Counted from the first letter of the stretch, positions 19,176-30,091 are shown. The stretch is DNA of 64,000 nucleotides from Bacteroidota bacterium (GCA_025963715.1 JAOQAG010000026.1:80327-144326), one strand, 5' to 3'. Notes: generated by a model from the letters alone, not told the origin. Numbers and translations: made by a program.

Positions 19176-19204
19176 AAAAAGGCGAGAAATATTCTCGCCT
19201 TTTT
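19176..19204. terminator. Bidirectional terminator
   Basis: AAAAAGGCGAGAA-ATA-TTCTCGCCTTTTT. Confidence 0.85.
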
Positions 19205-19325
19205 ATTTAAATTATGCATTCTACTAGTCAAATTACTTAGTGATTCACACAGATTCGTAATTTCGTTCCTGTTCGTTATCCGTACAGCAAACTTTAAACT
19301 TTCCAACTTTGAACTTTGAACTCTT

Positions 19326-20021
19326 TTAAATCTTCACCGCCAACCCCGCTGCAAAAATATAAGGCCCGCCGTAACCAATTCCCACTTCGGCATTAAAGCC
19401 GATCATTCCATTAAAATAATAATTGAGACCAAAATGCGCCTGCAGGCTCACCGGTGATGGCGTTACATTCAGGCGTGAAGTATAAGTCGGATCATATTGG
19501 GTAGTGGTGGATGTCATTGTATAGTGATTATACCCGATTTTTATTCCTGTATACAAGCTGAGATTCTTTTTGGCAATGATATGATAATCGCCTTTTACTG
19601 CAAAATGGATGCGTTTCCAGGAGTCGGTGCTGGTTATAATATCCGACATTCCGGTATTATTGTTATACTGGTAAGCGCCTAAAATCATTTTTGCCGTTTG
19701 ATACCCGAACGCTACACCGGCAGAAAATTTATCTGACAGTCCGTAATCTACACCCAAATTAAACATAGGCGATTCTTTCGGTTGTATTGATTCGTAATTT
19801 TCGTTGCTCCAGACGCTGCTCAACTGGTACTTTAGCGCCAGGGCAGGCCCCATTAGGTTGAAACCTACACCACCGCTGAACATTATTTTTCCTTTTATTC
19901 CGTCATCACCGGAATCCGTTTTTTTAGTTTGTAAATTCAGATCGGTAAAATTTCCTGCGATCAGGTTAGAGCTTTGTGCGGCTAAAAATAATCCGATGGT
20001 AAGCAATGTGATTTTTTTCAT
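19326..20021 (-). CDS. Outer-membrane beta-barrel protein (small, OmpA/OmpW-like barrel)
   Basis: Signal peptide and alternating amphipathic strands (FNLGVDYG, HFGLNYYF, FNAEVGIG). Confidence 0.7.
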   Translation of the reverse strand: MKKITLLTIGLFLAAQSSNLIAGNFTDLNLQTKKTDSGDDGIKGKIMFSGGVGFNLMGPALALKYQLSSVWSNENYESIQPKESPMFNLGVDYGLSDKFSAGVAFGYQTAKMILGAYQYNNNTGMSDIITSTDSWKRIHFAVKGDYHIIAKKNLSLYTGIKIGYNHYTMTSTTTQYDPTYTSRLNVTPSPVSLQAHFGLNYYFNGMIGFNAEVGIGYGGPYIFAAGLAVKI

Positions 20022-20233
20022 GATTTTGTGGTTTGTGTTTTATAAAGATCAAAGATAAGAAAAAACATCTGAAATGCTTTTGCAGGTGCGGGTTTTAGAC
20101 TATTTACCGCAGAGAGCGCAAAGAAGGCGCAAAGCACACAGAGGTTTTTTCACACACAGATGCGTACATTCGTACTTATTTGTAATTCGTAATCACACAG
20201 ATTAGTATATTCGTACCTATTGGTATTTAGTAG

Positions 20234-21211
20234 ATGTCCCAGCAATCCAAACAAAACAATTCCGAAAAACAATCGCTTCATCCGCGCAACCGGCAGCGCG
20301 CACGTTACGATTTTGAGCAGCTGATAAAAAGCAGCCCGGAGCTGGCTGCATTTATTACTGAAAATAAATTCAATAATTTATCCATCGATTTTGCCGATCC
20401 GCTGGCAGTAAAAACACTGAACAAAGCATTATTAAAAACATTTTACGGGATCACCGATTGGGATATTCCGGCAAATTATTTATGTCCGCCCATTCCCGGT
20501 CGTGCCGATTACATCCATTACATGGCCGATCTGCTGGCATCCGGCAACAACGGCAGCATCCCGCAGGGGAAATCTATAAAAGTGCTGGATATTGGCGTAG
20601 GTGCCAACTGTGTGTACCCCATCATCGGCAATTATGAATACGGCTGGAGCTTTACCGGTTCCGATGCCGATCCTGTTGCCGTTAGCAATGCAACAAAAAT
20701 AATCCAGGCAAACCACCGGCTTGCTGAAGCAATAGAAATACGATTACAAACCAACGCAAATTTTATTTTTAAAAACATCATTCAAGCCAACGAAGTTTTT
20801 GACCTTACCATTTGTAACCCGCCATTTCATTCATCATTCGCGGAAGCGCAGGAAGGAACATCGCGCAAGCAACGCAACCTTGGGACAAAGAAAAACAATA
20901 AAACGGTATTAAATTTCGGTGGACAAAATGGCGAGCTCTGGTGCAAAGGCGGCGAAAAAGAATTTGTAAGCAATATGATCCGCGAAAGCGCAGAACTGCA
21001 AAAAAATTGTTGCTGGTTCTCGTCACTCGTTTCTAAAAGTGCAAACCTCCAAAGCATTTATTATGCACTCAAACAGGTAAACGCTGCGGATGTAAAAACC
21101 ATTAACATGGCGCAAGGCAGTAAGATCAGCCGGATCGTAGCCTGGACATTCTTAACAAAAACAGAACAGGAAGAATGGCGTTTGAAACGCTGGACAAATC
21201 CATTTGGATAA
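20234..21211 (+). CDS. rlmF: 23S rRNA m6A1618 methyltransferase
   Basis: Motifs LHPRN, LCPPIPGRADY, LDIGVGANCVYP, CNPPFH and MAQGSKISRIVAW. Confidence 0.96.
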   Translation: MSQQSKQNNSEKQSLHPRNRQRARYDFEQLIKSSPELAAFITENKFNNLSIDFADPLAVKTLNKALLKTFYGITDWDIPANYLCPPIPGRADYIHYMADLLASGNNGSIPQGKSIKVLDIGVGANCVYPIIGNYEYGWSFTGSDADPVAVSNATKIIQANHRLAEAIEIRLQTNANFIFKNIIQANEVFDLTICNPPFHSSFAEAQEGTSRKQRNLGTKKNNKTVLNFGGQNGELWCKGGEKEFVSNMIRESAELQKNCCWFSSLVSKSANLQSIYYALKQVNAADVKTINMAQGSKISRIVAWTFLTKTEQEEWRLKRWTNPFG

Positions 21212-21263
21212 TTTCTAACAGAAATCCGGAACTTTCTTTTGTAAAGGAATCGCTTTTAAAAAA

Positions 21264-21351
21264 CGTCATTGCGGGGGCTTTTCGCCCGAAGCAATCTCAT
21301 TCCAGTTTTATGCGCTGATGTGAGATTGCTTCGCTAGCGCTCGCAATGACG
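21264..21351. repeat. REP-like inverted pair (CGTCATTGCG...GAAGCAATCTCA / TGAGATTGCTTCG...CGCAATGACG)
   Basis: Long imperfect inverted repeat in intergenic DNA. Confidence 0.8.
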
Positions 21352-21407
21352 TGCTAATTAAGCCACAAATTAGTAGAAATTTAAAATCCATTTCATTATA
21401 TTTGATT

Positions 21408-22049
21408 ATGGAAAAACAAATAAGTACTTCGGAAAAATTATTTTTATCCATCATTGTAGTCTTTGGATGGTTTGCACTGATCGCACAATTTTACCTCATT
21501 ATACTTAACAGAACAAGTTCTGTTCCCGAAACCATCGCTCGTTATTTTACGTTTTTTACCATCATCTCCAACTTGTTTGTTGCCCTGTGCAGCACGTATT
21601 TATTACTAAGTCCAACCTCACGCCGCGGGCTCTACTTTTCGAGGCAAAGCGTAATAACCGCCATCACCATTTATATTTTAGTGGTTGGCATTGTGTACAA
21701 TACTGTTTTGCGCAACCTTGTAGAACTGGAAGGATTGCAGCGGATCGTAGATGAATTGTTACACGCAGTTATTCCAACATTATTTGTGTTGTACTGGTTT
21801 ATGTTTGCTGCAAAAAATGAGCTGCAATGGAAAAATATTCTCATGTGGCTGATCTATCCGCTTGTTTATTTTATCGTGATCATTGTTCGCGGTCCATTTG
21901 CCGGTTATTACCCATATCCGTTTGTAAACGTTACCACGCTTGGTTATCCAACCGTGCTTATGAACAGTGCATTACTAACGCTTGCATTTGGCGTCATCTC
22001 GTTATTGTTTGTCGGGATAGGAAAAATGACCGCCAAAAAAACCGCCTGA
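21408..22049 (+). CDS. Pr6Pr / FAR-17a-AIG1-like membrane protein
   Basis: About 6 TM helices. Motifs YFTFFTIISN, GIVYNTVLR, LLHAVIP and YYPYPFVNV. Confidence 0.8.
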   Translation: MEKQISTSEKLFLSIIVVFGWFALIAQFYLIILNRTSSVPETIARYFTFFTIISNLFVALCSTYLLLSPTSRRGLYFSRQSVITAITIYILVVGIVYNTVLRNLVELEGLQRIVDELLHAVIPTLFVLYWFMFAAKNELQWKNILMWLIYPLVYFIVIIVRGPFAGYYPYPFVNVTTLGYPTVLMNSALLTLAFGVISLLFVGIGKMTAKKTA

Positions 22050-22062
22050 TAATTTATTCTTT

Positions 22063-23124
22063 ATGACTATTCCTGAAGTTGCCAAACTCCGTTTGATCAA
22101 TCAGCAACTTGCTGCACCCACATTTACTGATCCCGCAAAGCTTGTTTCGTACCTGGGCGCCGTGCAGGCACAGGATTATGCAGGTTCAAAATGGGCGCTC
22201 GGGTTACGCTTAAAAAACAGCAGCGAGATTGCAATTGAAAAAGCCATCAACGATGGAAAAATTATCCGTACACACCTCTTGCGTCCTACCTGGCATTACG
22301 TTGCTGCCGCAGATATTAAATGGATGCTGCAGCTGAGCGCCCCGCGTGTAAATGCATTCAACAGATCCATGTACCGCAAGCACGGGCTGGATGATGCCAT
22401 CTTTAAAAAGACAAATAAAATTCTCATAAAAACATTACAGGGAAACAAACACTTAACACGAACAGAAATTGCAATTGCATTACAGGATGCTAAAATTGTA
22501 ACGGATGAATTACGCCTGATCCTGTTATTAATGCATGCCGAATTAGACGGTATTATTTGCAACGGCATCAAGCAGGAAAAACAATTTACCTACACGCTGC
22601 TGGACGAACGTGTACCCGGAAGCAATCTAATTAAAGGCGATGAAGCATTGGCCGAACTGGCAAAAAAATATTTTATCAGTCGCGGACCGGCAACAGTGCA
22701 GGATTTTATCTGGTGGTCGGGATTAAGTGTTGCCGATGCAAAAAAAGCGGTTGAGATCATTAAACCTGCATTGGTTTCCGAAATAATCGACAGCAAAATC
22801 TATTGGATGAAAAAAGGAATTTCCGTTGTAAACGAAAAATTGACTCGCCCGCAATTGCTTCCTGCATTTGACGAATACACGATCGCTTACAAAGACCGAA
22901 GCGCTGCACTTGATCCGAAACATGCAAAACAAACCGGCAACGGGATTTTTAGTCCACAATTAATTATCGATGGAAAGGTTTCCGGAACCTGGAAACGTAC
23001 ATTAAAAAAAGACAAAGTAAACGTAGAGATCAATCCGTTTATAAAATTAACTAAGGCTCAACAAATGGCGATTGACAAGGAGATTGAGCGTTATGCCGAT
23101 TTTTTAGGATTGACTGCTTTTTAA
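22063..23124 (+). CDS. Winged-helix (HTH_42) DNA glycosylase, AlkZ/YcaQ family
   Basis: Motifs AVQAQD (Q-phi-Q), LRPTWH, GPATVQDFIWWSGL, LLPAFDEY and DGKVSGTW. Confidence 0.85.
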   Translation: MTIPEVAKLRLINQQLAAPTFTDPAKLVSYLGAVQAQDYAGSKWALGLRLKNSSEIAIEKAINDGKIIRTHLLRPTWHYVAAADIKWMLQLSAPRVNAFNRSMYRKHGLDDAIFKKTNKILIKTLQGNKHLTRTEIAIALQDAKIVTDELRLILLLMHAELDGIICNGIKQEKQFTYTLLDERVPGSNLIKGDEALAELAKKYFISRGPATVQDFIWWSGLSVADAKKAVEIIKPALVSEIIDSKIYWMKKGISVVNEKLTRPQLLPAFDEYTIAYKDRSAALDPKHAKQTGNGIFSPQLIIDGKVSGTWKRTLKKDKVNVEINPFIKLTKAQQMAIDKEIERYADFLGLTAF

Positions 23125-23273
23125 AAACACACCCCTGGCCCCTCTCAAGAGGGGAATTGATCCTGCTTAATTTAGAAATTATAGTATTAAAGAAAATTAT
23201 CAAAATGATGATGTGTTTATCCTTTTGTGCAGGATGATTCCATTCCCCTCTTGAGAGGGGCCAGGGGTGTGTT
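23125..23273. repeat. REP-like family D inverted pair (ACACACCCCTGGCCCCTCTCAAGAGGGGAAT)
   Basis: Copies at 23125-23160, 23242-23273 (reverse), 23455-23490, 31547-31581 (reverse) and 40471-40507 (reverse). Confidence 0.9.
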
Positions 23274-23556
23274 CAGCATTTAGCAACACACAGATTCGTA
23301 ATATTCTTATTAATTAATAATTAGCAAATACACACAGCATATTACACCCAACTCTTTTGTGTTCTTTTGTTTCTTATGTGGTTGAATTTTTCTTTTTTTA
23401 CAGCGATTAATTTTCATTTTAAGCTTGTCGAAGAACATTCTGTTCATTATTATAAAACACACCCCTGGCCCCTCTTGAGAGGGGAATTGACGCTGCTTAC
23501 ATTTTTAATTGATACACAGATTAGTATATTAGTAAAAAATAAGTATTTAGTAGATG

Positions 23557-26500
23557 TTAGAAATATGCCCGCACCTGCGCGCCACCCACATGCACAATCT
23601 TCGTCCCTTCCGATTTACGCCCGTCATACGTAATGCTCAATTGTAAATTATTCGAAAGGTTCCGCTGATAAGCCGCGCCCCAGGTTATATTTTGCCCTAT
23701 CTTCAGGGCTTCCAGCATCTCAAATGCAAGCGATGTATTTTGCTCCCCGTTATATGTGATCTGGATAAAATCCGCTTTCAAATTCAAGCTTCCTTTGTTC
23801 AACACATTGTATTTTATCTCCGCACCGTAATCCTGCAACACCGCACGTTGTCCGCCAAACTCACCCGCATTTTTCTTATCCGTATACTTGAACGAAACCG
23901 TTGCACGGAAAGCGGTATTCGGCTGGTACGATACTTTTGGCTCTGCCGAATAATACAGGATCGAGTAATCGCGTGATGAAAAAAACTGCGAAGCACTTGC
24001 TTTTCTTCCCTGGATACAATCCACATTCAGACTCAGTTGCTGAATTACATTCCAGCGCAAACGCGCTTCCTTCGAAACATTCAAACGTGAATCGATCCCG
24101 TTTACCAGCAGCACTTTATTCCGCACATCCTGGTAGGTAAGGTCAAGCCCGAATACCGTTCCCGATTGGTTAATGAACAATGTATTCCTGAACGATGAAT
24201 TTAACGTTACCAGCGTACTGTCATTCGTTCCGCTCAAAAAAGGATTGTACGCTTTGGAAAGGTCACTGTCCGTGGATTTGCGGTCCACACGGTACGACGC
24301 CTGATCCGAAAAACGCGATACAAATTGTTTGAAGCCTTTCTTGTTCGACCACAATGCTGCGGGTTTCAGCATCACACTCTGACTGAATTGATTGGTATAC
24401 GTGCGGATGTAATCACTCGTAGGCGTGTATACTTTTATGTACGTTGCCTGATCCGGAAATGCAGAAATTTCAAATTCATTCAACTCTTTTACATCATTAT
24501 GATTATAATCGATCCAGGTGTAAACGCCCTGCCCCGGCGCCACTTCAATGTAGGAGAATTCTTTTTTTACTTCCAGTCCCGATCCTATTTCATAATATGA
24601 ATTGGAGTAAAGTAATCCTTTCCACACGCGAAAATTATATTCGATCCGCGCAACCAAACTGTTATCAGGCTTTTGCACCGTAAGCGCTGTGTCCACAATT
24701 TGTAACCGGCGATACGCCGCATTTACTTTCAATTGATTGTTCGGATTTTTAATCAGGTCGAAAAAACCACCATAGCTTTCTGCATACGCAGCTTTGTTTA
24801 ACCGGCTGAGTCCCGGTTTTACAGCATAATCCGTCCGTTGTTTGTAATTGATCCCGTAACGGTTTTTGGTCGTATCGGCATTCTGCGCATACGCTTCCCA
24901 TTCCCAAAACTGGTAACTGTTGGATAACAATGAATCACTTGATGCACTCTTGAATTTATTCTGTTCAAACTCATCGCGCAGCCCCACCGTGATCCATTTA
25001 ATGGTTTGCGAAACGCCGCTCTTGTGCCTGTAAAAATTAGTATTGGTGGTACTTTGCGAGTTCAGCAAACTTCCGTCGTACGATAGAATAAACCCTTTTT
25101 TATTCAACATTACCGTTGCATTGTGCTTGGTCGCATCGTAATTTTTTCCTTCTAAAAAAGCATTGAATTTATACGCCACCGTTCCCAATCCTTTTTTTGT
25201 CAATCCTACCGAAGCACCCACAATGTGCTGATCATCAACAATAGTGGTACTGCTGCGGTTCCAGTCGCGCTCAAACTCCACACTCCGGTAGCGCTCTATC
25301 GGCGAAAAATATTTTTGCGTGTACTCATAATTCACATTTGTGATCATCGTCAGCGGCCCGCTGGTGCTGTCTTTTCCTTTTACATAACGCAAAGGTTTCG
25401 CGTTATCAAAATTCAGTTTCAATGCATACCCCACATCATCATTGCTGTTCGCAGCCGAAAACGTATTAATATCATTATTGCTTGCCGCTCCTTCCACCGT
25501 TATTTTCGAATGTTTACTCAACGCATATTCCGCACCCACGGTCAGCATTTGCTTTTTCTTTGGCGCCACCAGCTGGATCACCGGTTCAAAATTTCCCCGC
25601 GGTAAATGCGTCACCGTATCCGGCACGATCCACTGAAAAACTTTCCCGTTCGCTGCCGATGTGATCTGTATATAATTTCCGTAACCCTGCCCCACATTGC
25701 TGTACGTTACCCGGTAATGCGCACTGTCCGCATTGGTGCTGTAAACATAAATATGCCTGAACACATGTGTGCCAACAGTTGTATCGGCCCTGCGGTACAG
25801 CACTTCACTGTTGGAAAACGGCACACTGTCCACACTTGGCGTCACCGCCAGCGAAAGCGTATCTCCAATGCGCGACAATAACCGTTTCTGATCATCCGTC
25901 AGTTCCTGCTGCAGCGGCTGGTTTTTACTATCCTGCTCGGAATACACATTCACATGCACTTTTAATTTCCCTTGTGTGTAATCATTCCCAAAATGCACCA
26001 GCGAGCGCGCATAATTTTTATCGGAATACTGAAATTCCACCACGATCCGCTTATCTTTTGTGATCTGCTGTTTAGCCGTAAATGTAATTTCCGATGTATT
26101 GTAATTGATCACATAATCATTCTCCTGCCCGCGCTCCATCAGCCTTCCGTCGATGTACACTTTTTCTGTTCCCGACAGCACAATGATGAACGGCTCGTTT
26201 TCAGCTCCCGTCAAGCGATACGGACCCTGGTTGCTCTCCACTCCCTGGATCTGGTTCCGCGCAAATTTTCCTCTCGAAACTGCTGCACTTAAAGATGTTG
26301 CATACAAGCCTTGTTTCTTCGGATCTTTCTCCTCCTTATTGGTTTTCACCATCGTGCTAAAGCTCAATCCCTGCGCTTTTTTATTAAAATTCATAAAATA
26401 ACTGTCCGGCCGGTTCAGCTGAAAATCGCCTGCAATAAGCTTTGTAGTAGAATTGGAAAGCTGGATAAATACTTTGTCAAACTCCTGCAAACGCTGCGTA

Positions 26501-27117
26501 TTTCCATCCGGTTGTACCGGGATGTTGTTATCGGTAGCCGCCATCAGGATGTCAATATTATTGCTCAAATGCCCCGACAGCTGTAAATTTAAATTTGAAT
26601 TTACTACCACATCCTGATTGTTCCCAAATGTAACCCCGCGCGAAATACTTCCCGTCTTGTTCAACCCGTCCATTTTAAAAATATCGTCGTTCTTTCCTTC
26701 AATATTGTAACTAAAAGGATTGGCTTTACCCGACAGGTCGGCCTTTACACGCTCAATGTCTTTGTGTTTTGTTTCCTCTGAAAATAAATACGGGAATGTT
26801 TGATAGGAAGTTTTTAAGCTATCGGCAACAATACCCTGTTGCTTCATTTTTGCACGGTCAAGTATTAATTGCCCTGTCACGTAATTGATCCGGTACAAGG
26901 CAGTATCCAGCTGTTCGCCATTGGTTGTTGTAAGTAAAAACGAGCCGGGAACCAAACTCAGCGTATCCAGCTGAACAGTATCCGATGTAAAATGCAGCGC
27001 TTTTGTATGAACATTCCCATTCCCCTGGGCAAAGCTCATCCCCGCCCGGGCAAACAAAAATACAAGTACAACGATAATGCTTTTAATTTTCACTTCAATA
27101 GATGCTAAAAAGGCCAA
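23557..27117 (-). CDS. Large outer-membrane beta-barrel protein of unknown function (start may be GTG at 27093)
   Basis: 1186-aa ORF with signal peptide, amphipathic strands and a C-terminal Phe (QVRAYF). Contains a SprA-like EKVYIDG...DYVINY segment. Confidence 0.75.
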   Translation of the reverse strand: MAFLASIEVKIKSIIVVLVFLFARAGMSFAQGNGNVHTKALHFTSDTVQLDTLSLVPGSFLLTTTNGEQLDTALYRINYVTGQLILDRAKMKQQGIVADSLKTSYQTFPYLFSEETKHKDIERVKADLSGKANPFSYNIEGKNDDIFKMDGLNKTGSISRGVTFGNNQDVVVNSNLNLQLSGHLSNNIDILMAATDNNIPVQPDGNTQRLQEFDKVFIQLSNSTTKLIAGDFQLNRPDSYFMNFNKKAQGLSFSTMVKTNKEEKDPKKQGLYATSLSAAVSRGKFARNQIQGVESNQGPYRLTGAENEPFIIVLSGTEKVYIDGRLMERGQENDYVINYNTSEITFTAKQQITKDKRIVVEFQYSDKNYARSLVHFGNDYTQGKLKVHVNVYSEQDSKNQPLQQELTDDQKRLLSRIGDTLSLAVTPSVDSVPFSNSEVLYRRADTTVGTHVFRHIYVYSTNADSAHYRVTYSNVGQGYGNYIQITSAANGKVFQWIVPDTVTHLPRGNFEPVIQLVAPKKKQMLTVGAEYALSKHSKITVEGAASNNDINTFSAANSNDDVGYALKLNFDNAKPLRYVKGKDSTSGPLTMITNVNYEYTQKYFSPIERYRSVEFERDWNRSSTTIVDDQHIVGASVGLTKKGLGTVAYKFNAFLEGKNYDATKHNATVMLNKKGFILSYDGSLLNSQSTTNTNFYRHKSGVSQTIKWITVGLRDEFEQNKFKSASSDSLLSNSYQFWEWEAYAQNADTTKNRYGINYKQRTDYAVKPGLSRLNKAAYAESYGGFFDLIKNPNNQLKVNAAYRRLQIVDTALTVQKPDNSLVARIEYNFRVWKGLLYSNSYYEIGSGLEVKKEFSYIEVAPGQGVYTWIDYNHNDVKELNEFEISAFPDQATYIKVYTPTSDYIRTYTNQFSQSVMLKPAALWSNKKGFKQFVSRFSDQASYRVDRKSTDSDLSKAYNPFLSGTNDSTLVTLNSSFRNTLFINQSGTVFGLDLTYQDVRNKVLLVNGIDSRLNVSKEARLRWNVIQQLSLNVDCIQGRKASASQFFSSRDYSILYYSAEPKVSYQPNTAFRATVSFKYTDKKNAGEFGGQRAVLQDYGAEIKYNVLNKGSLNLKADFIQITYNGEQNTSLAFEMLEALKIGQNITWGAAYQRNLSNNLQLSITYDGRKSEGTKIVHVGGAQVRAYF

Positions 27118-27427
27118 CCCAATACAATTTAAAAGTACAAATAATGGTTATACAAAGCGTCCGCTAAATTCATCACCTCCACTCTTTCCTCTATCAGCGC
27201 TTCCGCGATGCTTGTCTTAAAAGGCGACACACAGCCTTGCGGAATTGCGCCTTTGCCAGGAAAAGCATACGGCTTGCGGGAAAATATACACAGAATATCA
27301 CACACAGCATTTAAAAAACCTCTGCGAACACTGCGCCTTCTCCGCGCTCTTTGCGGTTAAACACATGAAATTTAACAATCTCAAAAGCATTTTATACATT
27401 TGTTCAACCTGATATATACGCAAAAAC

Positions 27428-28195
27428 ATGACAAAAATTATAACCTACAACGTAAATGGCATTCGCTCCGCAATGAGCAAGGGATTATTGGACTGGATCA
27501 AAGCTGCAAACCCCGATGTACTTTGTTTCCAGGAGTTAAAAGCCGATCCTTCCCAGATAGATGTTACACTTTTTGAGCAAATGGGCTATCATCACTACTG
27601 GTATCCTGCACAAAAAAAGGGATACAGCGGCGTAGGCATCCTTACCAAACAAAAACCAACACACGTGGAATACGGCTGCGGAATGGATAAATATGATTTT
27701 GAAGGCCGTGTGATCCGCGCAGATTACGGCGATGTATCCGTCATGAGCGTGTATCACCCCAGTGGCAGCAGCGGAGAAGACCGCCAGGCATTTAAGATCC
27801 AGTGGCTATCTGATTTTCAGAAATACATCAACACATTAAAAAAAGAACGCACCAAGCTCATCATTTGCGGCGATTACAACATCTGTCACCAGCCCATAGA
27901 CATCCACAATCCCAAAAGCAACGCCAACAGCAGCGGCTTTTTACCGGAAGAACGCGAGTGGATCGACTCATTCTTAAAATCGGGCTTTGTCGACAGTTTC
28001 CGTCATTTTAACAAAGAACCGCACAATTACAGCTGGTGGAGCTTCCGGGCAGGTTCCAGGGGTAAAAATCTTGGTTGGCGCATCGATTACAACCTCGTAA
28101 GCAGCAACCTCGAATCAAAGATGAAACATGCGCTATTGCTGCCGGAGGCAAAGCATTCCGACCATTGCCCCGTTGTACTCGACATCGATTTATAA
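27428..28195 (+). CDS. xth: Exodeoxyribonuclease III / AP endonuclease
   Basis: Motifs YNVNGIR, QELKA, GYSGV, GDYN, GWRIDY and SDHCP. Confidence 0.96.
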   Translation: MTKIITYNVNGIRSAMSKGLLDWIKAANPDVLCFQELKADPSQIDVTLFEQMGYHHYWYPAQKKGYSGVGILTKQKPTHVEYGCGMDKYDFEGRVIRADYGDVSVMSVYHPSGSSGEDRQAFKIQWLSDFQKYINTLKKERTKLIICGDYNICHQPIDIHNPKSNANSSGFLPEEREWIDSFLKSGFVDSFRHFNKEPHNYSWWSFRAGSRGKNLGWRIDYNLVSSNLESKMKHALLLPEAKHSDHCPVVLDIDL

Positions 28196-28336
28196 CACCG
28201 CCCGCAACCTCAAACGAAAGATTATAAAAGAATTCAGCCTTTTTTAGCTTTAAAAAATAGCGCCCGATTCTGATACGAAATAAATTTTAATCTATATATT
28301 TGTGCCTCAATGAATTTTAACCATTACAAATTGAAT

Positions 28337-30091
28337 ATGAAAAAAGCAATTTACTCTTTATTGGTTGCTGGTCTTTTAGCATCATGCGGTGGCAACAACA
28401 ACTCAACCGGAGAAGCCCGCAAAGCAAAAGGTGGCGTATTTTACGGCGGTGTTTTCAGAACAAATGAAGTAGAGGATTTCCGTAACTTGTTTCCATTAAA
28501 TATTTTAGAGGTAACCTCCCACCGCATTGCCAACCAGGTGTACGAAGGGCTTGTAAAGCTTAAACAGGATGACCTGAGCGTTATTCCCGGACTTGCTGAA
28601 AAATGGGACAGAAATGCAGATGCCAGCCAATGGACATTCTCCATCCGTAAAGGTGTAAAATTCCATGATGACGCTTGTTTCCCTGATGGAAAAGGCCGCG
28701 AAGTTACTGCTAAAGATTTCAAATATTGCTTCGATCAGCTCTGTACCTCTTTCCCTGAAAATCAACATTTTATTGATACATTCAAAGACCGCGTAATGGG
28801 CGCCAATGATTACTACCAGGCTTCCATCGATAAAAAAGCGCTTCCTGCCGGTGGCGTATCAGGTGTAAAATTAATCGACGACTATACCATTCAAATCACC
28901 CTGGTACACCCTTTTGCCGGGTTCTTAAACATTTTAAGCACTCCGGGCTGCTGGGTTTATCCAAAAGAAGCATTCGACAAATATGGTGTTGAAATGCGTG
29001 CAAAATGCGTTGGTACTGGTCCTTTCCAGGTAAAAAGCATTAAAGAAGGCGATGCTGTGATCCTGGAGCGTAATCCTAACTACTGGAACGTGGATCAGTT
29101 CGGAAACCAGTTGCCTTACCTGGATGCCGTTAAATACACGTTCATCAAAGAGAAAAAATCCGAATTATTGGAATTCAAACGCGGTAACCTCGACATGATC
29201 TTCCGCTTACCGATCGAAATGATCCCGGACATCCTGGGAGAACTTGACCATGCAAAAGAAGGCAACCAGGCATTCGAAATGCAGGTTGTTCCTGCCATGA
29301 GCATCTTCTACTATGGTTTCCAGTGCCAAAGCGACATCTTCAGCAAAAAAGAAGTACGCCTGGCATTTAACTACGCCATCGATCGCGAAAAAATTGTGAA
29401 CTACACTCTGCAGGGCGAAGGAATCCCGGGAACATTCGGTATCATTCCTCCATCTTTCAAAAAATACGATAACAAAGCACTGAAAGGCTATACATTTGAT
29501 GTGGACAAAGCCCGCAAATACATGGCTGCTGCAGGTTACCCTGATGGAAAAGGTTTCCCGAGATTAACACTGGAGATCAACAGCGGCGGTGGCGACAGAA
29601 ACATCCAAACAGCCGAAGTAGTTCAGAAAATGCTGAAAGAAAACTTAAACATTGATGTAGAGATCAACGTAATGCCTTTCGCAGAAAACATCGAAAGCGT
29701 TGCAACCGGTAAAGCACAATTGTGGAGAGCAGGCTGGAGTGCCGATTACCCGGATCCTGAAACATTCTTAACATTATTGTACAGCAAGCACATCCCGGAT
29801 AAAGCAGCTGATAAATCATACCTGAACACGTCCCGTTACAAAAGCGCACGTTTCGATTCATTATTCAATGCAGCATTGCAGGAAGTGGACGAAGCAAAAC
29901 GCATGGATCTTTACCGTCAGGCAGATCAGCAACAAATCGACGATGGCGCTATCATGCCGATCTTCTATGATGAGAACTACCGTTTAGTACAAAAAAATGT
30001 GAAAAATTTCCCTGCAAATGCAATGGAATACCGCGATTTCACAAGCGTATACATTGAGCCTCAGGCAGAAAAAACAGAAGCAAAAAAATAA
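28337..30091 (+). CDS. Family 5 (peptide/nickel) solute-binding lipoprotein
   Basis: Lipobox LLASC. Motifs YEGLV, PGLAEKW, GVKFHD, GTGPF, VRLAFNYAIDR and WSADYPDPETFL. Confidence 0.9.
   Translation: MKKAIYSLLVAGLLASCGGNNNSTGEARKAKGGVFYGGVFRTNEVEDFRNLFPLNILEVTSHRIANQVYEGLVKLKQDDLSVIPGLAEKWDRNADASQWTFSIRKGVKFHDDACFPDGKGREVTAKDFKYCFDQLCTSFPENQHFIDTFKDRVMGANDYYQASIDKKALPAGGVSGVKLIDDYTIQITLVHPFAGFLNILSTPGCWVYPKEAFDKYGVEMRAKCVGTGPFQVKSIKEGDAVILERNPNYWNVDQFGNQLPYLDAVKYTFIKEKKSELLEFKRGNLDMIFRLPIEMIPDILGELDHAKEGNQAFEMQVVPAMSIFYYGFQCQSDIFSKKEVRLAFNYAIDREKIVNYTLQGEGIPGTFGIIPPSFKKYDNKALKGYTFDVDKARKYMAAAGYPDGKGFPRLTLEINSGGGDRNIQTAEVVQKMLKENLNIDVEINVMPFAENIESVATGKAQLWRAGWSADYPDPETFLTLLYSKHIPDKAADKSYLNTSRYKSARFDSLFNAALQEVDEAKRMDLYRQADQQQIDDGAIMPIFYDENYRLVQKNVKNFPANAMEYRDFTSVYIEPQAEKTEAKK

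Noticed and set aside
19076..19306. 76-aa minus-strand ORF
   Set aside because: Antisense to the better-supported DUF3606-like ORF, and it runs through a terminator and a repeat.
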